Source: Elusimicrobia bacterium GWD2_63_28 (lineage in GTDB: Bacteria > Elusimicrobiota > Elusimicrobia > Elusimicrobiales > UBA9959). Taken from it: 64,000 nt of DNA. The notes below the pieces were generated by a model that was not told where the DNA came from, searched no databases, and worked only from the letters and a program-made list of their open reading frames with translations. The stretch lies in NCBI GenBank assembly GCA_001799895.1, contig MGUI01000015.1:20338-84337 (forward strand), read 5' to 3'. Positions 12,155 through 20,558 of this stretch are shown one piece after another. The translations under genes and the position numbers were made by a program. Position 1 is the first letter of the stretch. Each line of letters begins with the position of its first letter.

Positions 12155-13477
12155 ATGAAAACAATACTCATAAAGAACGGACTCATAGCCACCCTCGGCG
12201 AGAAGAACAAGGTCCTGACGGGCCACGCCCTCCTGATAGAGGAAGGGCTGATAAAGAAGATAGCCCCGCAGAAGAGCTTCAAGGGCAAGTACGGCAAGGT
12301 GATAGACGCCGCCGGAAAACTGGTAATGCCCGGCTTCATCAACACGCACATGCATTTCTACAGCACCTTCGCGCGGGGCCTGGGCAAGGCCGACCCGTCG
12401 AAGAGCTTCGTGGAGATCCTCAACAACCTCTGGTGGCGCCTGGACAAGCAGCTGACCAACGCCGACTCGTACTACAGCGCCGCGATACCGCTGATCAACG
12501 CCGTGCGCAAGGGCACCACCACTATAATAGACCACCACGCCAGCCCCTTCGCCATCACCGGCTCGCTGGCGGCGGTGGAGAAGGCCGTGCGCGAGACCGG
12601 CCTGCGCGCCTGCCTGTGCTACGAGGTTTCCGACCGCGACGGCAAGGAAAAAGCCAAGGAAGGCCTCGACGAAAACTCCGCCTTCATAGCCGCCTGCCAG
12701 AAGCGCGACGACAACATGGTGAAGGCCCTGTTCGGCCTGCACGCCTCCTTCACCATCACCGACGAGACTCTGGAAGAGGCGGCCTACCGCGGCCACAAAC
12801 TGGGCGTGGGCTTCCACATCCACACCGCCGAGTCGCAGGCCGACCAGCTGCACTGCGAGTCCCACCACAAACTGCGCGTGGTAGAGCGCCTGCGCGACTA
12901 CGGCATCCTGGGCCGGCAGTCCATAGCCGCGCACTGCGTGCACGTCAACGACGAGGAAATTGAGATCCTCAAGAAGACCGAGACGGCCGTGGCGCACAAC
13001 CCGCAGTCCAACGCCAACAACTCGGTAGGCATCGCCGACGTGGCCAACATGGCGCGGCGCGGCGTGCTGGTGGGCCTGGGCACCGACGCCATGACGGTCA
13101 ATATGCTCGAAGAGCTGCGCTGCGCGCTGTGGCTGCAGCATCTCAAGCACGACCCGTCGCACGGCTTCATGGAAGTGGCCAACGCGCTGCTGGTCAACAA
13201 CGCCAAGATCGCCAACCGCTATTTTAAGAACGTCGGCGAGCTGAAGCCCGGCTACGCGGCCGACATAGCGATAATAGACTACATGCCCCCCACCCCGATG
13301 GACGCCTCCAACTTCGCGGGGCACCTCATCTTCGGCATCAGCCAGGCAACGGTGGATACCACCATAGCCGCGGGCAAGGTGCTGATGGAGGGCAAGAAGC
13401 TGAAGCTCGGCCTCGACGAGGAAGAGGTTTCACGCAAATCCTGCGAGCTCGCCAAAAAGCTCTGGAGCCGGTTCTAA
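12155..13477 (+). CDS. ssnA: SsnA-like aminohydrolase (amidohydrolase superfamily)
   Basis: 440 aa. MPGFINTHMHFYSTFARGL, HTAES and GLGTDAM motifs. Placed directly after the DPD-like gene, as ssnA follows ygfK in E. coli. Confidence 0.7.
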   Translation: MKTILIKNGLIATLGEKNKVLTGHALLIEEGLIKKIAPQKSFKGKYGKVIDAAGKLVMPGFINTHMHFYSTFARGLGKADPSKSFVEILNNLWWRLDKQLTNADSYYSAAIPLINAVRKGTTTIIDHHASPFAITGSLAAVEKAVRETGLRACLCYEVSDRDGKEKAKEGLDENSAFIAACQKRDDNMVKALFGLHASFTITDETLEEAAYRGHKLGVGFHIHTAESQADQLHCESHHKLRVVERLRDYGILGRQSIAAHCVHVNDEEIEILKKTETAVAHNPQSNANNSVGIADVANMARRGVLVGLGTDAMTVNMLEELRCALWLQHLKHDPSHGFMEVANALLVNNAKIANRYFKNVGELKPGYAADIAIIDYMPPTPMDASNFAGHLIFGISQATVDTTIAAGKVLMEGKKLKLGLDEEEVSRKSCELAKKLWSRF

Positions 13478-13500
13478 AAACGGCTTCCCAGCCAGACAAA

Positions 13501-13533
13501 GAAGCCGGCCCAGCGCCGGCTTCTTTCTGTTTT
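13501..13533 (+). terminator. Rho-independent terminator after ssnA-like gene
   Basis: GAAGCCGGC (13501-09), loop CCAGC, GCCGGCTTC (13515-23), followed by TTTCTGTTTT. Confidence 0.75.
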
Positions 13534-13538
13534 GGGGC

Positions 13539-13567
13539 TTGACAGATCCGGATCCGCCTGCTAGACT
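13539..13567 (+). promoter_or_regulatory. Sigma70-type promoter of the GntR/ABC operon
   Basis: TTGACA (13539-44), 17-nt spacer, TAGACT (13562-67). Confidence 0.6.
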
Positions 13568-13570
13568 ATC

Positions 13571-13594
13571 ACTGTGCTAGCATACTAGCACAGT
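13571..13594 (+). promoter_or_regulatory. Perfect palindromic operator, probable autoregulatory site of the YtrA-type GntR repressor
   Basis: ACTGTGCTAG-CATA-CTAGCACAGT, 10-bp perfect inverted repeat. It lies between the -10 box and the ATG at 13596. Confidence 0.6.
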
Positions 13595-13595
13595 T

Positions 13596-13967
13596 ATGAT
13601 TACCCTAAACCAACTCTCACAGGTTCCTATCTACGACCAGATCAAACTGGGCTTGAAGGGCCTCGTTAAAAAAGGGCTGCTAAAACCCGGCGACGCCGCA
13701 CCCTCCATCAGGAAGATGGCGGCCGACCTGAAAGTAAATCCCAACACGGTGGCCCGCGCCTACCGCGAACTGACCGCCGAGGGGTTCTTCGAGGGCAGCC
13801 GGGGCCAGGAGAACATCATTTCCCCCCGCGCCTGCGGCCTGGCTGAAAACGCCTCCCGCAAAGTGTCGGAAGGCCTGGAAGCCGCCCTGAAGGGCGCGCT
13901 GGAAAGCGGCTTTACCTGGCCCGAGGTAGAAAAGATGATAGCCGCCCTTAAGAGGAAACTATTATGA
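13596..13967 (+). CDS. GntR family transcriptional regulator, YtrA subfamily
   Basis: 123 aa. Winged-HTH PIYDQIKLGLKGLVKKGLLKPGDAAPSIRKMAADLKVNPNTVARAYREL with a short C-terminal helical tail. ATGA overlap with the ABC ATPase gene. Confidence 0.85.
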   Translation: MITLNQLSQVPIYDQIKLGLKGLVKKGLLKPGDAAPSIRKMAADLKVNPNTVARAYRELTAEGFFEGSRGQENIISPRACGLAENASRKVSEGLEAALKGALESGFTWPEVEKMIAALKRKLL

Positions 13968-14830
13968 ACGACCATATCCTTGAAGCAAGAGGGCTAAAAA
14001 AAGCTTTCGGCCCGAAAGAAGTACTGAAAGGGCTGGACCTGAGCGCCGCGCGCGGCGAAGTGGTCGGCATACTGGGCCGCAACGGCTCGGGCAAAACCAC
14101 GCTGTTCTCCATACTGCTGGACCTGACGGCGGCGGACGCCGGCACCGCGAAAATACTGGGCGCCAGGCCCGACGGCAGCGGCAGGGTGCGGAGCCTGATA
14201 GGCTATGTGCCGGAAAAGCCGGCCTTCCACGGCTTCATGACGGCTAAGCAAGTACTGGAATTCCGCGCCGGTTTCTTCCCCAGCTGGGATATGGCCAAGG
14301 CCCTGGGCCTGTGCAGGAAACTGGAACTGGACCCGGCCTCCCGGGTCTCGGCCATGAGCAAAGGCAATTTGGCCAAGCTGGCCTGGATCACGGCCACGGC
14401 CCATAACCCGGAGCTGCTGCTGCTCGACGAGCCCACCTCCGGCCTGGACTACCTGGTGCGGGACCATATTCTCAACGGCCTCATCCACGAACTGACCGAA
14501 GGCGGCAAGACTATCCTGGTCTCCAACCACCGCATGGGCGAGATGGGCGGCATCCTGGACCGGGTCTGCGTGCTGAAGGACGGCGTCATAGCCGCCAGCC
14601 ACGCCGCGGCCTTCCTGGCCGAAGAGGCGTTCCGCGCGGCGGCGCGGCTGGAGTCGCCCGTCGCCCTGCCTGACGGCGTCGTGGCGCTCAATGGCAGCGG
14701 CGCGCTGCGGGAATTCGCGGTATTCGGCCGCGAGCGGCTGGAGAAGCTCAAGCTGGACCCGGCCTTCGCCGGGGCGGAGATCTCCCCCCTGTCTTTGGAA
14801 GACTCTTTCAAAGTGCTGCTCGGAGAATAA
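13964..14830 (+). CDS. ABC transporter ATP-binding protein
   Basis: 288 aa. Walker A GRNGSGKTT, signature MSKGNLAKL, Walker B LLLLDEPTSGLD. Confidence 0.9.
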   Translation: MNDHILEARGLKKAFGPKEVLKGLDLSAARGEVVGILGRNGSGKTTLFSILLDLTAADAGTAKILGARPDGSGRVRSLIGYVPEKPAFHGFMTAKQVLEFRAGFFPSWDMAKALGLCRKLELDPASRVSAMSKGNLAKLAWITATAHNPELLLLDEPTSGLDYLVRDHILNGLIHELTEGGKTILVSNHRMGEMGGILDRVCVLKDGVIAASHAAAFLAEEAFRAAARLESPVALPDGVVALNGSGALREFAVFGRERLEKLKLDPAFAGAEISPLSLEDSFKVLLGE

Positions 14831-14842
14831 GAGGAAAACATT

Positions 14843-16789
14843 ATGAAGAACCTCATCATCCTTCAATTCAGGAAAAGCCTCCTCCCCTTTTCAGTGCTGG
14901 CGGGGGCCGTCCTGCTGTCGGTTCCGGCGGCCTTGCTGTTCCGGCCCGATAGCCTGACAGGACCCGAGGCCGTAAACATCGCCATGCTCTTCTGGGCCCT
15001 GGCCGGCCTGCCGCTGGCCATAATGGCGCTGGCCGGGGCGGCAGGCTCAGACGCTTCCTCTGACGCGGCGCGCGCGTCCGAGCAGCCGCTGCCGGAGAGC
15101 CAGTACAGGCAGGTGCTCGCCGGCCTGGCCGCGGCCGCGGCCCAGACGGCGCTGCTGATACTGGCCATCTACGCCATAATGGGCTTCTCGGTGCCGCTGG
15201 ACAAGCTCAACTTCGTTAACGCCCATGTGGCGAGTCACTACTTCTTCTACGCGGCCTTTCTCGCCCTTTACGCCTTCACCCTCTCCTACGCCTTGCGCAA
15301 CGCCGTAGCGGGAGGCATCGCCGCTGCGGCGCTGCTGGCCGTCACGGCGGTCCCGCTGCTCTCAGCGTCCCTCTTCAGCGGGCTGATGCTGGACCTGGTC
15401 CCGATGGCTTTCCTCAATTCGCTCACCGGGATCTTGGTCCTGGCCGGGACGCTCGGCGCGCTATCCCTGCTGTGCCGCGCTTACGCCCGCAAGGAGGCGG
15501 GCAGAGCGGTTAAGGCCCTCTTTGCCGCGCTGCTGCTGGCGGCCCCCGCGCTCCCTCCCTTCATCGGCCTTGCCATCCTGCGCGGCAAGTCCGCGGAGGT
15601 GACCTGGCCTGTCTTCCCGCTGACCATCCAGGCCGACGCCCCCCAGGACGCGCCCGGCGTCATGCTGGTGCAGAAGCCCTTCACCGGAGAGGTCTTCCTG
15701 ATAGACGAGGAAGGCAGGCGCGCCGCCGTCTTTCCCGATGATTCGGCCCGGGGCCTGCCGAATTATTTCTTCCCCGTGCCGGCCTTCGTGCGCGGGCAGA
15801 CTATGGCCGGCCCGGACGGCAGCGTCTGGGTCTACGCCGACCGCTATGACAAGCCCGGTGTGCTGATGAACGGCAGCGCCGCCGGCGGGCTGAAGTTGCG
15901 CGCCGCTATGCCCGACTCCTGGAGGGCGAATTTCGTGCGGGGAAAAGTGCCGGGGATAGTCGAGCGCCGGAAGGACGGCTACTATTATGCGCAACTCACC
16001 CCAGGTGACGGGCCGCTGAAGTGGGAAAATGTCAAAAACATCACCGGAGAGGCCGCAAAACGGTGGATAACCGGTACCGGGGCGGAAGCCCTGCTGGACG
16101 CTTTCCTGCGGAGCAGGCTGGCCGAAGCGCCGGGCGTGGCCGTGCTTGCGGCCGACGGCAGAACCGTGACCGCCGGCGGCGGGAAGTGGACGGTGCCCGG
16201 CGCCCTGGGGCCCAAAGCCCCCCTCATCGGCTTGCGGCTCGGCGACGGCATGAGCTATGTAGTCCCGGCCCGCGAAGGCAAAGGCTATGCCGCCTATCTC
16301 TGCCCCCCCGGCAAGGCGGCCCGCAGGCTCTGGGGGGATTATTTCCGCCCGGGCGCGAATTTATGGGCCGCCCCCGACGGCACGCTCTGGGGCTACAGCA
16401 GGAAATCCAGCATAGTCCTGACGGTCAGAAAGCTTTCCGGCGCGTCAAAGAAAGAATTCGACTCGCCTCAATTCAACATACTGACCCGCGAAGGAAAATC
16501 CATAGAGTCTTTCAGGCTTGATAACGTATTAAGGGATCTCCCGGAGGCCGAAGGGGACATAGCGCTGGTCAGGGAGGAGAAGGGAGAGCTCTGGTTCACT
16601 ATCGGCAACGGTTACCTGGTAAAGACCGGCGCGAACCCGAACGGCCCCTATTCAGCCTGGAGGTTTCCAGAAAGCGTGCGCGAGAAATACTGGCGCAGCA
16701 CCCTGCTGCCCACCCGCAACGGGATACTGATAGCGGCGATGGACGGCGTTCACTTCATGGACTGGGAAGGGAAAGCGAAGCGGCTGTAG
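14843..16789 (+). CDS. Membrane protein: N-terminal multi-TM (ABC-2 permease-like) region plus large extracytoplasmic C-terminal domain
   Basis: 648 aa. About 7 hydrophobic segments in the first 250 aa. The C-terminal 400 aa are soluble with recurring DG..W / G.LW strand-like motifs. Operon position follows the ABC ATPase. Confidence 0.65.
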   Translation: MKNLIILQFRKSLLPFSVLAGAVLLSVPAALLFRPDSLTGPEAVNIAMLFWALAGLPLAIMALAGAAGSDASSDAARASEQPLPESQYRQVLAGLAAAAAQTALLILAIYAIMGFSVPLDKLNFVNAHVASHYFFYAAFLALYAFTLSYALRNAVAGGIAAAALLAVTAVPLLSASLFSGLMLDLVPMAFLNSLTGILVLAGTLGALSLLCRAYARKEAGRAVKALFAALLLAAPALPPFIGLAILRGKSAEVTWPVFPLTIQADAPQDAPGVMLVQKPFTGEVFLIDEEGRRAAVFPDDSARGLPNYFFPVPAFVRGQTMAGPDGSVWVYADRYDKPGVLMNGSAAGGLKLRAAMPDSWRANFVRGKVPGIVERRKDGYYYAQLTPGDGPLKWENVKNITGEAAKRWITGTGAEALLDAFLRSRLAEAPGVAVLAADGRTVTAGGGKWTVPGALGPKAPLIGLRLGDGMSYVVPAREGKGYAAYLCPPGKAARRLWGDYFRPGANLWAAPDGTLWGYSRKSSIVLTVRKLSGASKKEFDSPQFNILTREGKSIESFRLDNVLRDLPEAEGDIALVREEKGELWFTIGNGYLVKTGANPNGPYSAWRFPESVREKYWRSTLLPTRNGILIAAMDGVHFMDWEGKAKRL

Positions 16790-16807
16790 GACCGGGCACA
16801 AAAAGAC

Positions 16808-16842
16808 GCGGGCCGCCCGTAGAGGACGGCCCGCGCTCTTTC
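16808..16842. terminator. Hairpin terminator between convergent genes
   Basis: GCGGGCCG (16808-15), 11-nt loop, CGGCCCGC (16827-34), then CTCTTTCC. Sits between the stops at 16789 (+) and 16852 (-). Confidence 0.55.
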
Positions 16843-16851
16843 CCCCCGCGG

Positions 16852-17850
16852 TCAGAAAGTCTGCGTTACCTTGTTGAGGCCTTTGGGGTTGTCGGGGTTG
16901 AGCCCCTTGGACAGCGCCAGACGAAGGGCCAGCTTCTTCATGCGTATGTCCACCGGGATACAGCTGAAAGGGAATTTCAGCGAGCCGGGCTTTACCACGT
17001 GGAACGGGGTGCCGCGCTCTTTGAGGGCGCGCTTCACTTTCATGATGTCCTCTGGCGCCCTGTCGGATGGCGAGAAGAGGAAGACCAGGTCTTTTGAAGT
17101 GTAAGCCCCGACGGGGCCGTGCAGGAATTCGGCGGCGGAATAGCCCAGCGCGTGGGCCTTGGCCATCTCGCGGAACTTCAGGGCGGAGTCTTCGGCCACG
17201 GCGTTATACGCGCCGCGCCCGACGAAACCGAGCATGTTGGCGGCTTTAATTTTCTTCAGCAGCTCTTCCCCCCCGTAATTTTCCTTCACGGCGCGGGCGG
17301 CGGCGGAGATGGCGTCCTTAAAATCGCAGTCGCCGAAGCAGCCGCTCCAGGCCTGCGCGGCCCACAGCACAGCCCAGAGCTGCAGCTCGAAGCTCTTGGT
17401 GGCGGCTACCGGCACCTCTTTGGAATGCGAAAGCAGGATATGCCGGCCGGCCAGGCGGGCCAGCGGGTTGTTCTTCAGGTCCGGCTCATTGGTGACCGCC
17501 ACGCCCTTAGCTCCCCACTTCATCAATTTTTCGAGGCAGGCCGTGATGTCATGGCTGCGGCCGGACTGCGAGAAGGCCCAGACGGCCTGGCCGTGGAAGT
17601 TAAGCGGCTTCTTTGCTTCGAAGATGGAGTGCGGGTGGATGAAGTTAGTGATGGTGCCGGCGTAGGTTTCCCAGATGTATTTGGCGAACAGCGTGGCCGT
17701 GCCGGAAGAGCCGCGCCCGACCAGGTAGACGGTCTTGTCCGAAGACCTGATGGCCAGCTTCTTTATCTCCCCGGCCCGCTTCGAGAATTGGGAAAGCAGC
17801 TCCGGGATCTCGGCGATGTCTTTGTAGGTGAGGGTGTCTTTAATGTTCAT
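16852..17850 (-). CDS. SIS-domain sugar-phosphate isomerase/aminotransferase-like protein (GlmS C-terminal / AgaS-FrlB-like)
   Basis: 332 aa. Two SIS-like halves (VYLVGRGSSGTATLFAKY; MLGFVGRGAYNAVAEDSALKFREMA). Confidence 0.7.
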   Translation of the reverse strand: MNIKDTLTYKDIAEIPELLSQFSKRAGEIKKLAIRSSDKTVYLVGRGSSGTATLFAKYIWETYAGTITNFIHPHSIFEAKKPLNFHGQAVWAFSQSGRSHDITACLEKLMKWGAKGVAVTNEPDLKNNPLARLAGRHILLSHSKEVPVAATKSFELQLWAVLWAAQAWSGCFGDCDFKDAISAAARAVKENYGGEELLKKIKAANMLGFVGRGAYNAVAEDSALKFREMAKAHALGYSAAEFLHGPVGAYTSKDLVFLFSPSDRAPEDIMKVKRALKERGTPFHVVKPGSLKFPFSCIPVDIRMKKLALRLALSKGLNPDNPKGLNKVTQTF

Positions 17851-18692
17851 TTTCCCGCCGTTTTTCTTTTGATTTCCCGCAATTTTTTTATCCCCAGGTC
17901 TATGTCGCGCAGGTCCATGCCGGTGCGGCCGTAATGGGCGTGCTCTATTGGGGAATCCGGGCAGATATAGGTGCCGCGCCGCACGCCGCGGGGGTCCTTT
18001 TCCAGGCCCAGCCAGATCAGCCAGGGCTTCATGTCCGAGAAATCCTCGGCGACCAGTTCCGGATTGGAGCGCATGATGGCCGCGCGGTCGCCGAAGCCGT
18101 CCAGCACCACGCCGCTGTGGTAACCAGCCTCCTTGGCGGCCTCCGCGTCGCGGTGGGTGTCGCCTATCACGAACACGTCGCGCTCCTTTATGGGCGTTTT
18201 CGCCAGCTTCGCCGCCCGCACCACGGCCTTCTGCAGCACGACGCTGCGGTGATGCGAATCGCAGCCGTAGCCGCCGAAGGCGAAATGCCTGAGAAAACCC
18301 GACGGCTCCAGCTTTATGAAAGCCCCGTCCCTGAGGTTGCCGGTGCCGAGGCCCAGCAGCACGTCCTTGCGGCCCGAAAGGCGGGCGAGGAATTTCTCCA
18401 CGCCTTTAACCTTTAAATATTTTTTCGCCTTCACCGAGGCCAGAACCTCGGAGGGCAGGCGGTCCACGTATTTCTGAGTCAGGACGGCCAGCTGCTTCCT
18501 GGTGGGCTTGCGGCCGGCCCCTGCTTTAAACGCGTTCTCGAAATTGGCTTTGTCGGTGGCGCCCTGCAGCTGCACGGCGTCGCAGGCGTTCTTGTGGCCG
18601 GTCAGGGCCTCCACGGCGTAGTTGAGAGCGCGCGCGCCCGCCCCGCCCGCCTTCACCAGCGTCCCGTCTATGTCAAAAAGTATTATCTTCAT
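17847..18692 (-). CDS. HAD-superfamily hydrolase (phosphoglycolate phosphatase-like) with C-terminal extension
   Basis: MKIILFDIDGTL (DxDGT motif I), LGTGN, and GDTHRDAEAAKEAG (motif IV). I prefer ATG 18692 over the track start 18728, which would run into the palindromic element. Confidence 0.7.
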   Translation of the reverse strand: MKIILFDIDGTLVKAGGAGARALNYAVEALTGHKNACDAVQLQGATDKANFENAFKAGAGRKPTRKQLAVLTQKYVDRLPSEVLASVKAKKYLKVKGVEKFLARLSGRKDVLLGLGTGNLRDGAFIKLEPSGFLRHFAFGGYGCDSHHRSVVLQKAVVRAAKLAKTPIKERDVFVIGDTHRDAEAAKEAGYHSGVVLDGFGDRAAIMRSNPELVAEDFSDMKPWLIWLGLEKDPRGVRRGTYICPDSPIEHAHYGRTGMDLRDIDLGIKKLREIKRKTAGK

Positions 18693-18697
18693 AAGAA

Positions 18698-18797
18698 GGG
18701 GACGTTGTTGAGTTGTTGAGTTATTCACCGAGTCGCTATAAATTTGAGGTGTTTTGACATCTTACCGGAAATAACTCAACAACTCAACAACGTCCCC
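18698..18797. repeat. Palindromic intergenic element A: 28-bp perfect inverted repeat with 44-nt loop
   Basis: GGGGACGTTGTTGAGTTGTTGAGTTATT (18698-18725) pairs perfectly with AATAACTCAACAACTCAACAACGTCCCC (18770-18797). It is AT-rich relative to its surroundings and related to the element at 48000-48093. Confidence 0.85.
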
Positions 18798-20044
18798 GGA
18801 GTTCCCCGGAGTATCTTTCCTTTCTTGACCGTCATGGAGCACTGGTTCGCGCCGAAATAGTAGCACAGCTCGCGGTAATCGTACGCGGCGAAGAAGGCCA
18901 GGTCCGCCTGGCGGCCGGGCGCGATGACGCCGCAGCGGTCGCCTATGCCCAGCGCCCAGGCGCCGTTTACGGTGGCGGCGCAGAGGGCCTCCTCGGGGGT
19001 CATGGCGCAATGAGTGCAGGCGACGGAGAGCACGAACTGCATGTTCCAGCACGGGCAGGTGCCGGGGTTGAAATCTGTGGCCAGCGCCACCGGCACGCCT
19101 TCGGCTATCAGCTCGCGCGCGGGCGGAAATTTGGAGAGGCCCAGGTAATAATTTGAGGCGGGCAGGAGAGTGGCAATGGTGCCCGCGTCGCGCATGGCGG
19201 CTATGTCCTCGGCGTAGACGTGGTCCGCGTGGTCGGCGCTGACGGCCCCCGCGGCCGCGCCCGCCCTGGTGCCGCCGTAATTGGACAACTGCTCGGAATG
19301 CACCTTGGGCCGCAGGCCCAGGCGGGCGGCCTCTTTCAGGTAGGTTGTGGTCTGTTCCGGCGTGAAATAGCCTTTCTCGCAGAAGATGTCGGCGAAGACG
19401 GCCAGGCCTTCAGCCGCGGCTTTAGGCAGGATCTCGGCGATAATATGATCGAGATATTTCTGGGAATCCCCGTTGAACTCGGGCGGCACGCTGTGGGCGG
19501 CCAGCAGGGTGGGCAGCAGCTCCAGCGGCGTGAGTTTCCTGGCCTCGCGCACGGCCCGCAGCATCTTCAGTTCCGAATCCAGGGAGAGGCCGTAGCCGCT
19601 CTTGACCTCGGCGGTGGTGGTGCCGCATTCCAGGAAGCGGGCGGCGCGCCTGGCCAGCTGCGCGGCCATCGGCTTGAGCGGCTGTTTGCGCACGGCGCCG
19701 ATGCTGGAGAGTATCCCCCCGCCGGCGGCCTTGATCTCCGGGTAGGAGGCGCCGGCGGTGCGCATGGAGAAATCCTTCAGACGCGGCTCGGCGAAGATCA
19801 TGTGGGTGTGGCTGTCCACGAAGCCGGGCAGGCAGACGCCGCCGGTCTCGACCACCTTCGCAGTTTTCGCCAGGCGGTGCCGGGCCACGGCGGCCCTGGG
19901 GCCGGCGGCCTCGACTATGCCCTTCTCCACGAGCACGGCCCCGTTCTTGACGAGGCCGATTTCGCGCATGGCCGCCCCCGCGCGGGGCGCGTCGTCCCCG
20001 GCGAAGGTCAGCAGCTGCTTTATGCCCGTGAAGAGTATGGCCAT
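18776..20044 (-). CDS. hutI: Imidazolonepropionase
   Basis: 422 aa. PGFVDSHTHMIF, GGGILSS, HSEQLS, ADHADH and ATDFNPG motifs. The last 7 codons and the TGA stop lie inside the right arm of palindromic element A. Confidence 0.9.
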   Translation of the reverse strand: MAILFTGIKQLLTFAGDDAPRAGAAMREIGLVKNGAVLVEKGIVEAAGPRAAVARHRLAKTAKVVETGGVCLPGFVDSHTHMIFAEPRLKDFSMRTAGASYPEIKAAGGGILSSIGAVRKQPLKPMAAQLARRAARFLECGTTTAEVKSGYGLSLDSELKMLRAVREARKLTPLELLPTLLAAHSVPPEFNGDSQKYLDHIIAEILPKAAAEGLAVFADIFCEKGYFTPEQTTTYLKEAARLGLRPKVHSEQLSNYGGTRAGAAAGAVSADHADHVYAEDIAAMRDAGTIATLLPASNYYLGLSKFPPARELIAEGVPVALATDFNPGTCPCWNMQFVLSVACTHCAMTPEEALCAATVNGAWALGIGDRCGVIAPGRQADLAFFAAYDYRELCYYFGANQCSMTVKKGKILRGTPGTLLSC

Positions 20045-20541
20045 CAGCGGAAGTTGTCGAACTGCAGGGTTATGCCGTAATCCCCGCCCCGCAGCAGGCT
20101 CATCACGTTCTGCAGCTCGTCCTTGGACTTGGAGGTCACGCGCAGCGTGTCGGCCTGAATGGAGACATTGGCCTTCAGCTTGGCGTCCTTCACGGCCCGG
20201 ACTATCTCCTTGGCCTTGTCCTGAGGGATGCCCTGCTGCACTTTCACGACCATCTTGGCGGTGCCGCCCAGTGCGCTCTCCACCTTCTGGGCCTCGAAAT
20301 TCTTCACCGGCAGGCCGCGCTTGGAGACCTTCATCATCAGCACTTCGAGGAGTGCCTTGACCTTGTAGTCGTCTGAAGACTGCAGCATGATCTTGTTCTC
20401 CTTCTTGTCGAAGTTGATCTCGGACTTGGAGTCCTTAAAATCGTAGCGGTTGACCACTTCCTTCATGGCGATGGCTATCGCCTCGTCCACCACCGTGTAC
20501 TCCACCTTGGAAACCACGTCGAAGCTGAAATCAGAAGCCAT
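20044..20541 (-). CDS. yajQ: YajQ family nucleotide (cyclic-di-GMP)-binding protein
   Basis: 165 aa. SFDVVSKVE...RYDFKDSKSEI...VSKRGL...LKANVSIQADTLRVTSKSKDELQ...LQFDNFR matches the UPF0234/YajQ pattern along its full length. AGGAGA SD. Confidence 0.85.
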   Translation of the reverse strand: MASDFSFDVVSKVEYTVVDEAIAIAMKEVVNRYDFKDSKSEINFDKKENKIMLQSSDDYKVKALLEVLMMKVSKRGLPVKNFEAQKVESALGGTAKMVVKVQQGIPQDKAKEIVRAVKDAKLKANVSIQADTLRVTSKSKDELQNVMSLLRGGDYGITLQFDNFR

Positions 20542-20558
20542 AATTATTCTCCTATGTT

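Noticed and set aside
18726-18769. Idea that palindromic elements A and B are invertible promoter switches (invertons). Loop A contains TATAAA and TTGACA.
   Set aside because: The hexamers are in the wrong order and spacing in either orientation, the loops are only 40-44 nt, and no invertase or recombinase gene is nearby. The loops share only a vague CCG..ATAA..GAGG resemblance.
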